Origin: Gammaproteobacteria bacterium
GTDB taxonomy: Bacteria; Pseudomonadota; Gammaproteobacteria; UBA4575
DNA length: 64,000 bases
Direction: 5' to 3'
Assembly: GCA_965222615.1 (NCBI GenBank)
Contig: CBDCUI010000007.1
Location: 544,001 to 608,000 of the forward strand
Shown here: piece after piece, positions 20,024 to 29,824 of the stretch
Layout of the letters: each line of letters begins with the position of its first letter
Position numbering within the stretch: position 1 is the first letter of the stretch
The notes under the pieces: model-generated
The model's database searches: none
What the model was told of the DNA's origin: nothing
What the model saw: only the letters and a program-made list of their open reading frames with translations
Program-made: the position numbers and the translations under genes

Positions 20024-21436
20024 TTACGATTGAAACAACCCCAACTCTTGAATCTTTCTGGTTAAGGTATTTCTGCCCCAACCTAAAAGTTTAGCGGCTT
20101 CTTGGCGTTTGCCTCCCGTCTTGCGCATGGCTGCTTTGATCATCACTGCTTCAAACAAAGGGGTTGCTCGATCCAGAATACCGTCCTCACCTTTAGACAA
20201 CTCATGTTCTGCCCATTCATTTAATAAACTTTGCCAATCCGATGTTTCTTCAGTAGACATCTCGTCTTTAAGCATTTCTGCTGGCAAGTCTTGCATGCGA
20301 ATTTCATTACTGGATGCCATTACTGTTAACCAACGGCATACATTTTCTAACTGGCGAACGTTGCCTGGCCATTCTAATGCACTTAGATACTCTACAACTT
20401 CTGCAGTGAGTTTTTTTGGCTCTGCCGCTAACTCCTGTGCAGAACTTTTCATAAAGTGTTTTAACAGAATAGGAATATCTTCTTTACGTTCACTCAAAGT
20501 AGGCAGGTGAATTCGAATTACGTTTAGACGATGAAATAAATCTTCACGAAATTTTCCACTTTTAACCCTTGCTTCCAAATTTTGATGTGTAGCCGCAATA
20601 ATGCGCACATCGGCCTTGATCGGCTCATGCCCACCCACACGATAAAAATGTCCATCCGACAACACACGTAGTAAACGTGTTTGTAAATCTGCAGGCATAT
20701 CTCCAATTTCATCTAAAAATAATGTGCCTTGATGGGCTTGTTCAAAGCGCCCCTTGCGCTGCGTCTGTGCTCCTGTAAATGCGCCTTTTTCATGCCCGAA
20801 CAATTCGGATTCTAATAAGTCACGAGGAATCGCCGCCATATTCAATGCAATAAATGGTCCTTGGGCACATGGGCTGTGTTCATGCAGTGCCTGTGCGACT
20901 AGTTCTTTTCCCGTTCCTGATGCACCATTGATAAGTACTGTGATATTTGAATTCGATAATCTGCCAATGGCACGAAACACTTCTTGCATGGCAGGCGATT
21001 CACCAATGATTTTTGGTAGCTCTTGAGTAAGTACATTGTCTGTTTCGGTACTTTTGGCTTCGCTCTCATCGGCAGCCAAGCAAGCCCGCTTGGTGAGTTC
21101 CACGGCTTCATCTACATCAAATGGTTTTGGCAAATATTCAAACGCACCTTTTTGATAAGCGCCGACTGCACTTTGTAAATCAGAGTGCGCAGTCATAATA
21201 ATAATGGGTAAGCTTGGGTAATCTGTTTTAATACGATCAAGAAATTCTAATCCATCGATACCCGGCATACGCACATCGGTAAGAATTGCCGATGGTGTTT
21301 GTTGTTCTAATTCACGTATCGCGATACTAGCGGATTCAAAAGTAGTAACCGGTATTTCTGCTTTTTGAAACGCGCGCTCTAAGACCCAGCGCATCGCTTG
21401 ATCATCATCTATTACCCAAACATTCGTACAATTCAT
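20024..21436 (-). CDS. ntrC: nitrogen regulation response regulator NtrC
   Basis: REC domain, GASGTGKE, GAFTGA, WPGNVRQLEN, HTH LGWGRNTLTRK. Confidence 0.97.
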   Translation of the reverse strand: MNCTNVWVIDDDQAMRWVLERAFQKAEIPVTTFESASIAIRELEQQTPSAILTDVRMPGIDGLEFLDRIKTDYPSLPIIIMTAHSDLQSAVGAYQKGAFEYLPKPFDVDEAVELTKRACLAADESEAKSTETDNVLTQELPKIIGESPAMQEVFRAIGRLSNSNITVLINGASGTGKELVAQALHEHSPCAQGPFIALNMAAIPRDLLESELFGHEKGAFTGAQTQRKGRFEQAHQGTLFLDEIGDMPADLQTRLLRVLSDGHFYRVGGHEPIKADVRIIAATHQNLEARVKSGKFREDLFHRLNVIRIHLPTLSERKEDIPILLKHFMKSSAQELAAEPKKLTAEVVEYLSALEWPGNVRQLENVCRWLTVMASSNEIRMQDLPAEMLKDEMSTEETSDWQSLLNEWAEHELSKGEDGILDRATPLFEAVMIKAAMRKTGGKRQEAAKLLGWGRNTLTRKIQELGLFQS

Positions 21437-21441
21437 AGCTT

Positions 21442-22572
21442 CTATACTTGTTTTTCTTTAGTAAAGTAATCTGCACCATTTAATGGTAACAACACTCTAA
21501 ATTCTGTATTCCCAGGAACAGAATCAAATTCGATTAAACCGCCATGCAGATTTATTAAATTTTGTGATATAGGTAGACCCAATCCTGTTCCATTTGCGTT
21601 TCCTGAAACCATTGGGAAAAATATTTGTGGTTGTAATTCTTCGGGAATTCCACAACCATTATCAATGACACTAATTTGTGCCACTAAACGATGACAAATA
21701 TCACCAACGGTGTATTTGCGTAAAACACGAGTTTTAATTGTAATCAGGGCATCAATGTCTACTGCACATACTGCGTTACGTACAATATTAAGGATGGCTT
21801 GCACAAGCAGATCACGGTCGGCTTTGATCAATGGAATACTAGGATCGTAATCGGTATTAAATTTAATTCGACTGGATGCCTCGGCAATGGCTAAATGACG
21901 AATATGCTCAAGTACATCGTGAATATTTATCTCTTGTTTTGCTGGTGTAATGTTTGGTCCGAGCATGCGATCAACAAGTTTTCGCAGGCGATCCGCTTCG
22001 CTAATGATTACGTCTGTGTATTCACGTAAATCTTGATCACTTAGCTCGCCCGATAATAATTGTGCTGCACCGCGTAACCCACCTAGTGGGTTTTTAATTT
22101 CATGCGCAAGTCCACGCAGCATGTTACGCGTGGCGTGACTTTCTAATAGCAGATGCTCTTCACGCGAAATACGTAACAAATGATCTACTTGAGTAATCTC
22201 CAATATACATTCTGATTTTTCTCCCTTGCTCAACATTGGCGTAATTGCACAATTAATAGTCATTTCATTTCCACCCAAGCGTTTAATGCACACTTCTCTT
22301 TGCGAGAAAGGGTGGCCGGTTCGTAATGATTTTTGAATGTGTGAAATAAAATTTCCGTCAACGTCTTGAATAAACTCAGTCAAAGGACGATTCAGAACAT
22401 GGCGAACACCCGTGCCCAAAAGCTCTTCGGCAGCCGGATTGACATAATTCAAGCGAAGTTCTTCATCGAGCAAAAAAATCGCCAAAGTTAAATTATCGAT
22501 AATCTTTTTATGTTCCATGGCATGCGCAACATTTGGAATCTCGCCAAATACATGTTTTAAAACGGTAGTCAT
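21442..22572 (-). CDS. ntrB: nitrogen regulation sensor kinase NtrB
   Basis: PAS domain, LAHEIKNPLGGLRGAAQLL, DYDPSIP, GTGLGL; start more likely 22518. Confidence 0.96.
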   Translation of the reverse strand: MTTVLKHVFGEIPNVAHAMEHKKIIDNLTLAIFLLDEELRLNYVNPAAEELLGTGVRHVLNRPLTEFIQDVDGNFISHIQKSLRTGHPFSQREVCIKRLGGNEMTINCAITPMLSKGEKSECILEITQVDHLLRISREEHLLLESHATRNMLRGLAHEIKNPLGGLRGAAQLLSGELSDQDLREYTDVIISEADRLRKLVDRMLGPNITPAKQEINIHDVLEHIRHLAIAEASSRIKFNTDYDPSIPLIKADRDLLVQAILNIVRNAVCAVDIDALITIKTRVLRKYTVGDICHRLVAQISVIDNGCGIPEELQPQIFFPMVSGNANGTGLGLPISQNLINLHGGLIEFDSVPGNTEFRVLLPLNGADYFTKEKQV

Positions 22573-22584
22573 GCTGGTATTCAG

Positions 22585-22719
22585 TGCAATAATCGATCCA
22601 ATGTCTTTACATAATCTAAGCTAATGAAATCAACGGCTTAGCTCATACATACATGAATTATAGCACTGAAATAGTGCATTAGCGTCATTCTAGGGCGCAG
22701 TATGCACTAAAATAGGGCT
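22585..22719 (-). promoter_or_regulatory. sigma54 promoter, IHF site and NtrC boxes upstream of ntrB
   Basis: Minus TGGATCGATTATTGCA (22600-22585); AATCAACGGCTTA (22628-22640); AGCACTGAAATAGTGCA (22662-22678); TGCACTAAAATAGGGCT (22703-22719). Confidence 0.7.
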
Positions 22720-22750
22720 AATGAGAAAGTAAAATACTTAGTACTGCAAA

Positions 22751-23428
22751 TTAGGGCAAAGTAGGTGGCGGTGGAGGAGGTGGTCGTTGTGGGAGCTTAG
22801 TATTGGTCGGGATATTAAACGAGTTGCTGCCATCACCACTATTGCCTTCATTGTTATCACCGCCTTCACCTCCGTCGTTAGCTGAATTAACAGTATTCTG
22901 CAGACGTGAATAGCGGTGTAATGTGAAACTTACCGGCTCAGAGCTAATTAAAGTACGGCCATTGCGAGCCACGATCGTTGCCTTTACTACATGGGTGCCT
23001 CGATCAACATTTTTTACCGTTACACTACCTTCGGTACCTTTGTAGACTTGTTTACCTCCAAGTATCACAACATATTTGTGACCTCGGCGTGTGTTCAGTG
23101 CCGGGCTAGCTTGAAAGGTAATATTCACTACACCTGAGTTATCACGAATACTCGTATCATTTCCTGGCGCAGTGATGGTTAAAGCTTGATAACCATTATT
23201 CTCTTTTTGTGTAGAGGAGCTCGATGTTGAGCTTGGCGAAGTGGTAAGTGGCTTGGTTTCAATTAATGTAGGTAATTTATCGGTCTTCACCTCTTCAGGT
23301 TGTGCGCATTCAGTAGGATTGTCGGTATATATGGTGTTGCCATCCTTATCTTTGCAGGTATAGATACGTGCCTGAGCGATGTTTACACAGACAATAACGA
23401 CTAGTAGTAATAACAAACTTCCACGCAT
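22751..23428 (-). CDS. DUF4124-domain secreted protein
   Basis: Signal peptide, IYTCKDKDGNTIYTDNP, Ig-like RDNSG..NVDRGTH; usual position between glnA and ntrB. Confidence 0.85.
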   Translation of the reverse strand: MRGSLLLLLVVIVCVNIAQARIYTCKDKDGNTIYTDNPTECAQPEEVKTDKLPTLIETKPLTTSPSSTSSSSTQKENNGYQALTITAPGNDTSIRDNSGVVNITFQASPALNTRRGHKYVVILGGKQVYKGTEGSVTVKNVDRGTHVVKATIVARNGRTLISSEPVSFTLHRYSRLQNTVNSANDGGEGGDNNEGNSGDGSNSFNIPTNTKLPQRPPPPPPPTLP

Positions 23429-23514
23429 CTTAAAAACTCAGGCTTAAAACTCCATCAACATGAATATAGTACTCTCTGATAGTAATTATGACTCAGGAAT
23501 TGTCGCCCAAGTTG

Positions 23515-23546
23515 CACAAAAAACGCCTCAAATGAGGCGTTTTGTG
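23515..23546 (-). terminator. glnA intrinsic terminator
   Basis: AAAACGCCTCA-TT-TGAGGCGTTTTTT on the minus strand. Confidence 0.85.
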
Positions 23547-23579
23547 ACTGAATACTCGAGTTTGTAGGGTTTTAGCAGC

Positions 23580-24989
23580 TTAGCAGCTGTAGTACATATC
23601 AAACTCAATCGGATGGGTAGACATGCGTAAGGCAGTGACTTCATCCATCTTTAAATCGATATAGCCATCAATGCAGTCATCTGAGAATACACCACCAGCT
23701 TTAAGAAAGTCGCGATCGTTATCCAGTGCTTCCAATGCTTGATCGAGTGAAGCACAAACCGTTGGAATTTTTGCTTCTTCTTCAGGCGGCAGATCATACA
23801 GATCTTTGTCAATTGCTGGGCCTGGATCAATCTGATTTTGAATCCCATCTAACCCCGCCATTAACATCGCAGCAAACGTCAGGTATGGATTGCCCGTAGG
23901 ATCACCAAAACGAACCTCGATCCTGCGTCCTTTTGGATTACTCTCATAGGGAATACGAATGGATGCCGAGCGATTGCGCGCAGAATATGCCAGCATTACC
24001 GGCGCTTCAAAACCTGGAACCAGTCGTTTGTAGCTATTGGTACTAGCATTAGAGAATGCATTGATTGCACGCGCATGTTTAATAATGCCGCCGATATAAA
24101 ACATGGCCGTTTGCGAAAGATTACCGTATAGGTCCCCTGCAAATAAATTATCACCATCTTTGACTAAAGACTGATGTACATGCATGCCACTGCCATTGTC
24201 ACCAACGATAGGTTTGGGCATAAACGTAGCGGTTTTACCATAGTTGTGCGCAACATTGAGTACGACATATTTTAAAATTTGGTTCCAGTCTGCACGCTTA
24301 GTCAGGGTGTTATAAAGAGTACCAATTTCGCATTGTCCGGCTGTGCCCACCTCGTGGTGATGTACCTCAACTGTCACACCCATTTCTTCTAATACCTGGC
24401 ACATGGCCGAACGCAAATCTTGTAATGAATCCACTGGAGGCACTGGAAAATAACCGCCTTTAACGCCTGGGCGATGTCCAATATTGCCTTCTTCAAATCC
24501 CTTGTTTGAATTCCAAGCCGATTCATCCGAGTCAATGGCATAGGAAGCACTGGACATTTCATTCAACCATTTGATGTCGTCAAACACGAAAAACTCAGGC
24601 TCAGGGCCAAAGTTAGCGGTGTCGGCAATGCCTGTTGAGCGCAAATAGGCCTCAGCCCGTTTTGCTACCGAACGAGGGTCACGACCGTAACCTTCCATAG
24701 TAGAAGGTTCAAGAATATCGCAGCGTAGAATGAGTGTGGGGTCACTGAAAAACGGATCTATTACCGCCGTGCTTGGATCCGGCATTAATATCATGTCGGA
24801 CTCATTAATTCCTTTCCAACCTGCAATAGAAGAGCCATCAAACATTTTGCCTTTTTCAAAAATATCCTCTTCGATGACTGTAGCAGGTACAGAGACATGT
24901 TGTTCTTTACCTCGTGTATCAGTAAATCGAAAATCAACGAATTTAACATCGTTGTCACTCATCATCTTCATTACATCGCTCGCGGACAT
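23580..24989 (-). CDS. glnA: glutamine synthetase type I
   Basis: [27 protein letters not shown], adenylylation site [10 protein letters not shown]. Confidence 0.99.
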   Translation of the reverse strand: MSASDVMKMMSDNDVKFVDFRFTDTRGKEQHVSVPATVIEEDIFEKGKMFDGSSIAGWKGINESDMILMPDPSTAVIDPFFSDPTLILRCDILEPSTMEGYGRDPRSVAKRAEAYLRSTGIADTANFGPEPEFFVFDDIKWLNEMSSASYAIDSDESAWNSNKGFEEGNIGHRPGVKGGYFPVPPVDSLQDLRSAMCQVLEEMGVTVEVHHHEVGTAGQCEIGTLYNTLTKRADWNQILKYVVLNVAHNYGKTATFMPKPIVGDNGSGMHVHQSLVKDGDNLFAGDLYGNLSQTAMFYIGGIIKHARAINAFSNASTNSYKRLVPGFEAPVMLAYSARNRSASIRIPYESNPKGRRIEVRFGDPTGNPYLTFAAMLMAGLDGIQNQIDPGPAIDKDLYDLPPEEEAKIPTVCASLDQALEALDNDRDFLKAGGVFSDDCIDGYIDLKMDEVTALRMSTHPIEFDMYYSC

Positions 24990-25073
24990 TAGGTTTCTCC
25001 TTAGCTTTTCGACTCGAATGTTATTCTTATGGTCGTGGTTAATTGCTAACCACGTACTCTCGACATCCTCTAA

Positions 25074-25212
25074 AGCACATTACGTGCCAGTAACATTGGA
25101 TGCACTTTATTGAGGCCAGGGCGGCATTATACGCGGCTTGCAGGCGATAGAAAGATCAATAAAGTAGGTTATTTGCACCAGGATAGTGCTTTATAAGCAC
25201 CAGAACAGTGCT
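25074..25212 (-). promoter_or_regulatory. glnA sigma54 promoter with two NtrC boxes
   Basis: Minus TGGCACGTAATGTGCT (25089-25074); TGCACCAGGATAGTGCT (25174-25190); AGCACCAGAACAGTGCT (25196-25212). Confidence 0.85.
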
Positions 25213-25566
25213 TGTTGTTTGGAATTATTCTGCAGCTCTATAACACAAACGCCAAACTTACACGTTGAGCTTTAGTGAACAATGGAACCCTTGTTCATGG
25301 ATTTTTCCTACACCTCGACTTAGTCAAACATCGAGGACATAAACGCAAATCAATACAAGACTGGAGCATTAACTGCTGAAGAAATTGAACTTAAAAAAGT
25401 AGATATACATCACATCGGCAATGCCGAAATTTGTCACCAAAGGCCAAATTCTGGGGACAAAATTGGTCCAATTTGCGACTAAGGGTGTTTGTTAGCAAAT
25501 GCTAATACACACTTAACCTACCCTATGTCAGTAAGTTAATTACACTACTTCAAGTCGCCAAAAAGC

Positions 25567-25582
25567 TGGCATAGCCCTTGCT
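25567..25582 (+). promoter_or_regulatory. sigma54 -24/-12 promoter
   Basis: TGGCATAGCCCTTGCT (GG-N10-GC), immediately before the GGA-rich tract. Confidence 0.75.
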
Positions 25583-25592
25583 CAAATAGCTA

Positions 25593-26030
25593 GTAATAGG
25601 GACGTTTTTATTTGCCAGGGATTGGCGAAACTATTTTAGACAAGGAGGTCAACATGGTCGGCAACACGGACGTACTCACAACATTATATGTTGTATGGAT
25701 CGCCGCTAGTGTAGCAGCGCTGGCTTGGGCCTATCGCGACACAGTGAAACAAAAACTTTGTGGCGTAAAAAAAGGCGCTTAAACACTAACAAGGATTCAT
25801 GGTGATAAGTGTTGAGCTTATCACGATGTGTAAGGATACGGACTTGTATGCAAGTGATACGGATATCTACTTTGCAAATCAAGTCACCATATTTAAGGAA
25901 TTTGCTAATGGTATGGATACCATGGCAAGCAAGGAAGCAACTGAATAGCTCATGCATCAGGAGAGCTTTTTACTTTAAGTCTTAGGGATGAGAGCTGCGT
26001 GACAGGGACGTCAACTCGCAGCTTCTTCAT
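25593..26030 (+). ncRNA. CsrB/Rsm-like CsrA-sequestering RNA
   Basis: About 15 GGA motifs, mostly ANGGA and many in short stem-loops (GCCAGGGATTGGC, GACAAGGAGGTC, GATACGGATATC, ATGGTATGGATACCAT, TGACAGGGACGTCA); 3' end uncertain. Confidence 0.75.
25654..25782 (+). CDS. 42-aa single-TM small protein inside the CsrB-like RNA
   Basis: RBS AAGGAGGT (25642-25649); MVGNTDVLTTLYVVWIAASVAALAWAYRDTVKQKLCGVKKGA; hydrophobic span followed by a basic tail. Confidence 0.6.
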   Translation: MVGNTDVLTTLYVVWIAASVAALAWAYRDTVKQKLCGVKKGA

Positions 26031-26114
26031 TCAAACTTCAATATATTCATTCATATGCTGGTCGCAGGACGGACGCATCGCTATACTCACGCTGCGTCAT
26101 TTGCCAGCAAAGAC

Positions 26115-27026
26115 ATGCCAAAGCCTCGATCAACACAAACTCAGATATCTTTTCAAGATCTAGTGCATAAACTTGAACAGTTTTGGGCTGCTCAGGGCTG
26201 TGTAATTGAACAACCGTATGACTTGGAAATGGGTGCAGCAACGTTTCATCCCGCCACATTTTTACGGGCTCTTGGACCAGAGCCTTGGCATGCTGCTTAT
26301 CCACAACCTTGTCGTCGCCCGACCGATGGACGTTATGGAGACAATCCAAATCGCTTGCAGCGTTACTTTCAGTTTCAGGTAATTTTAAAACCCTCACCAG
26401 ATAATATTCAGGATCTCTACTTAGAATCACTAATCAAATTGAATATTGATCCTCTGGTTCACGATATCCGTTTTGTCGAGGATAACTGGGAATCTCCAAC
26501 CTTAGGAGCATGGGGACTAGGCTGGGAAGTTTGGTTGGACGGCATGGAAATCTCTCAATTTACTTACTTTCAACAAGTGGGGGGATTAGATTGTAATCCA
26601 GTCAGTGGAGAAATTACCTATGGACTAGAACGTATCGCCATGTATTTACAAAACAAGGACAGCGTTTACGATTTAATTTGGACACAGCGGCAAGGTAAAG
26701 ACATAAGCTACGGAGAAATTTATCAACAAAATGAAAAAGAACAATCCGCCTATAATTTTGAACATGCCGATACAGAATTTTTATTCGCATCTTTTGATGC
26801 TCACGAAAAAGAATGCAATCAGCTTGTTGAGCTAGAACTTCCTATTGCAGCTTATGACCATGTATTAAAATGTTCACATGCATTCAATTTATTAGATGCG
26901 CGACAGGTGATTTCCGTAACGGAACGACAACAATATATTTTACGAATCCGTCGTTTAGCACAAGCCGTTGCAACAGGTTATTTCGAAAGCCGTGAAAACA
27001 TAAGCTTTCCTTTACTCAACAAATAA
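26115..27026 (+). CDS. glyQ: glycyl-tRNA synthetase alpha subunit
   Basis: [31 protein letters not shown]; start taken at ATG 26115 (ORF track starts at 26055). Confidence 0.97.
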   Translation: MPKPRSTQTQISFQDLVHKLEQFWAAQGCVIEQPYDLEMGAATFHPATFLRALGPEPWHAAYPQPCRRPTDGRYGDNPNRLQRYFQFQVILKPSPDNIQDLYLESLIKLNIDPLVHDIRFVEDNWESPTLGAWGLGWEVWLDGMEISQFTYFQQVGGLDCNPVSGEITYGLERIAMYLQNKDSVYDLIWTQRQGKDISYGEIYQQNEKEQSAYNFEHADTEFLFASFDAHEKECNQLVELELPIAAYDHVLKCSHAFNLLDARQVISVTERQQYILRIRRLAQAVATGYFESRENISFPLLNK

Positions 27027-27035
27027 ATTCTAAGC

Positions 27036-29111
27036 ATGAGTGACAAACGAGATTTATTAGTTGAGTTAGGCACAGAAGACTTGCCTGCACGTTTACTATC
27101 CAACCTCACCAATGAATTTGGTGAGAATTTAAAAGCACAATTATCAGATGCAGGACTTGAATTTATTGACTGTAAAGTTTTTTGCACACCACGTAGATTA
27201 GCCATCATTATTGAAGGCCTTGATAGCCGTCAACGAGATCAACAAATACAGCGCAAGGGGCCTAGCAAAGATAAGGCATTTGATAATGAAGGCAATCCAA
27301 CGCAAGCTGCCGTAGGCTTTGCGCGATCATGTGGTGTCGAAGTTGCACAGTTGGAGATTGACCACTCTGAGGCACAACCACGGCTACTCTTTCATGAACA
27401 TAAGCCGGGTGAAAATACTGTAGCGCTCTTACCACAATACTTAGAAACCTCGATAAAAAGATTGTCCATTCCTAAACGTATGCGTTGGAATGAAACCGGC
27501 GCAGAATTTATCCGGCCGGTACGCTGGCTATTGGTTATTTTTGGCACAAGCGTGGTACCCGTTTCATTATTTGGACAGCAAGCAGACAATCTTACTTATG
27601 GTCATCGATTTCACCATCCAGCAAGTATTGAAGTGGGCCAGGTCCTTGATTATGAAAACTTGTTGCATGAAAAAGGACAAGTGATTGCCGACTTTAGTAA
27701 GCGCAGACAATTGATTATCGACCAAGTAAGCTCGTTGGCGAAAAAGGCAAAGGCTAAACCCGCCTATAGCGCGGCTTTACTAGACGAAATCACCAGCTTG
27801 GTAGAGTGGCCACGTGCGTTGTTAGGCAGTTTTGATAAAAAATTTTTAGCCGTACACAAAGAGCTGTTAATCAACACCATGCAGGATAACCAAAAATATA
27901 TCCCTTTATTAAATAAAGAGGGTGAGCTTGCCCCCAAATTTATTGTGATAAGTAACATCGAGAGTAAAAATCCCGAAAGCGTTATACAAGGTAATGAAAA
28001 AGTTATCGTGCCGCGTTTTGAAGACGCGATGTTTTTCTGGAAAAGAGATAAAGGCAATAAACTAGAAGACAATTTAATAAAACTTGAAAGTGTAGTTTAT
28101 GAAAAACAATTGGGTACGCTTAAAGATAAAACTGATCGCATGGTAAAACTTTCTGCTTATTTGTCTAAGTTTACCCATGCGGATCAGTCACATTGTGAAC
28201 GTGCAGCAAAACTAAGTAAGTGTGACTTAGTCACTGAGACCGTGGCAGAGTTTCCAAAACTACAAGGGATTGTGGGTAGAAATTTAGCTTTATTAAATGC
28301 CGAAGAGCAAGAAGTGAGTCAAGCGCTAGAAGAACAATATCTGCCGTTACAAGCAGGCGGTGAATTACCAAACACCACTACAGGACAAACCCTTGCACTT
28401 GCCGATCGCCTAGATACCTTAATTGGAATTTTCGCCATTGGCAAAAAACCGACGGGGCTTAAAGACCCATACGGATTACGACGCGCTTCATTAGCTGTGT
28501 TGCGGATACTAATTGAAAAAGATATTGACCTTGATCTTCGACAAATCTTACAAACCACTGCAAATCTTTTCCCAAAAGACCTCAATGCTGCTTCTGTTGT
28601 TGGTGATGTATATGATTATATTACTGAGCGGTTGCGTGGCTATTTTTCTGATCAGGGTATAGCCATAGATACCGTTGATTCCGTTTTAGCCAATCGCCCC
28701 AACTCACCTAAAGATATCGCCGCACGTGTACAAGCCTTAGGTAATTTTCGCAAATTACCTAATGCTGAAAGCCTTGCTGCTGCTAATAAGCGTATTCGCA
28801 ATATATTGAAAAAAATCGATCGTGACTCAATTGGTCAAGTAAACAAGAGTTTATTGAGAGAAAATGCCGAGAATGACTTAAATGATGCATTAGAAAAACT
28901 ATCTAAAGATGTTGAAATCCATTTTCATCAACATGAATATGAACAAGCGCTAAATAAACTTGCAGACTTGCGTCAGCCTGTAGATACTTTTTTTGATGAT
29001 GTAATGGTAATGGATGAAGATGAGGCATTAAAAACTAACCGTATTGCATTACTTGCTAAAATTGATTCCTTATTTATGCATGTTGCAGATTTCTCAAGAC
29101 TACAGTCATAA
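27036..29111 (+). CDS. glyS: glycyl-tRNA synthetase beta subunit
   Basis: LLVELGTEDLP, TPRRLA, KRMRW, DPYGLRR, ADFSRL. Confidence 0.97.
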   Translation: MSDKRDLLVELGTEDLPARLLSNLTNEFGENLKAQLSDAGLEFIDCKVFCTPRRLAIIIEGLDSRQRDQQIQRKGPSKDKAFDNEGNPTQAAVGFARSCGVEVAQLEIDHSEAQPRLLFHEHKPGENTVALLPQYLETSIKRLSIPKRMRWNETGAEFIRPVRWLLVIFGTSVVPVSLFGQQADNLTYGHRFHHPASIEVGQVLDYENLLHEKGQVIADFSKRRQLIIDQVSSLAKKAKAKPAYSAALLDEITSLVEWPRALLGSFDKKFLAVHKELLINTMQDNQKYIPLLNKEGELAPKFIVISNIESKNPESVIQGNEKVIVPRFEDAMFFWKRDKGNKLEDNLIKLESVVYEKQLGTLKDKTDRMVKLSAYLSKFTHADQSHCERAAKLSKCDLVTETVAEFPKLQGIVGRNLALLNAEEQEVSQALEEQYLPLQAGGELPNTTTGQTLALADRLDTLIGIFAIGKKPTGLKDPYGLRRASLAVLRILIEKDIDLDLRQILQTTANLFPKDLNAASVVGDVYDYITERLRGYFSDQGIAIDTVDSVLANRPNSPKDIAARVQALGNFRKLPNAESLAAANKRIRNILKKIDRDSIGQVNKSLLRENAENDLNDALEKLSKDVEIHFHQHEYEQALNKLADLRQPVDTFFDDVMVMDEDEALKTNRIALLAKIDSLFMHVADFSRLQS

Positions 29112-29263
29112 AAATATATGGAAACTTTGATTTATCCTGATATAAAGTTAAAAAATGTCTCAAAATTCTCATGTATTCGCCTATACACTGCACTTTCTCA
29201 GCATTTTACCTCATCTCAGTCATTTCATTAATAAACCAGAGCTTCCATAGGTAGTATTTAGCT

Positions 29264-29800
29264 ATGAGTGAATTAAAAGCAGTAATCATGGATCGAGATG
29301 GTGTAATCAACGAAGAGTCAGACGAATTCATAAAATCACCTGAAGAATGGATCGCAATCGAAGGCAGTCTAGAAGCCATAGCAAAATTAAATCATGCCAA
29401 GGTGAAAGTATTTATCGCCTCAAATCAATCTGGTGTTGAACGCGAATTATATGATTACAATGTATTAAACCAAATTCATCAAAAAATGTTGGCCGAACTT
29501 GCGCAACATGGTGGCCACATAGACGGGATTTTTATCTGTCCTTATAAGGAAGGTGAATGCCGCAAGCCCAACCCAGGAATGCTTGTTGAAATTGAAAAAC
29601 GTTCAAAAATATCTTTACAGAAAGCCCCTTTTATTGGCGACTCATTGCGTGATGTTCAGGCCGCGATTGCGCATGGATCGATGCCTATATTGGTACGTAC
29701 CGGTAACGGCTCGGTTACAGCGCAAAGCGAACAGCTACCAAGAAATATCCCCATTTATGATGACCTAGCCAGCTCCGTGGACGCATTATTAGCTCAGTAA
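29264..29800 (+). CDS. gmhB: D-glycero-D-manno-heptose 1,7-bisphosphate phosphatase
   Basis: DRDGVIN, SNQSG, CRKPNPGM, GDSLRD. Confidence 0.93.
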   Translation: MSELKAVIMDRDGVINEESDEFIKSPEEWIAIEGSLEAIAKLNHAKVKVFIASNQSGVERELYDYNVLNQIHQKMLAELAQHGGHIDGIFICPYKEGECRKPNPGMLVEIEKRSKISLQKAPFIGDSLRDVQAAIAHGSMPILVRTGNGSVTAQSEQLPRNIPIYDDLASSVDALLAQ

Positions 29801-29824
29801 ATTAAAAAATATAGCGTTGCTTTT

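Noticed and set aside
24990-25065. Glutamine riboswitch in the glnA leader
   Set aside because: One hairpin (CGTGGTTAGCAATTAACCACG) is present but I could not match the glnA-motif three-way junction
25706-25957. 83-aa minus-strand ORF
   Set aside because: Antisense to the GGA-rich RNA and small ORF; no recognisable motifs
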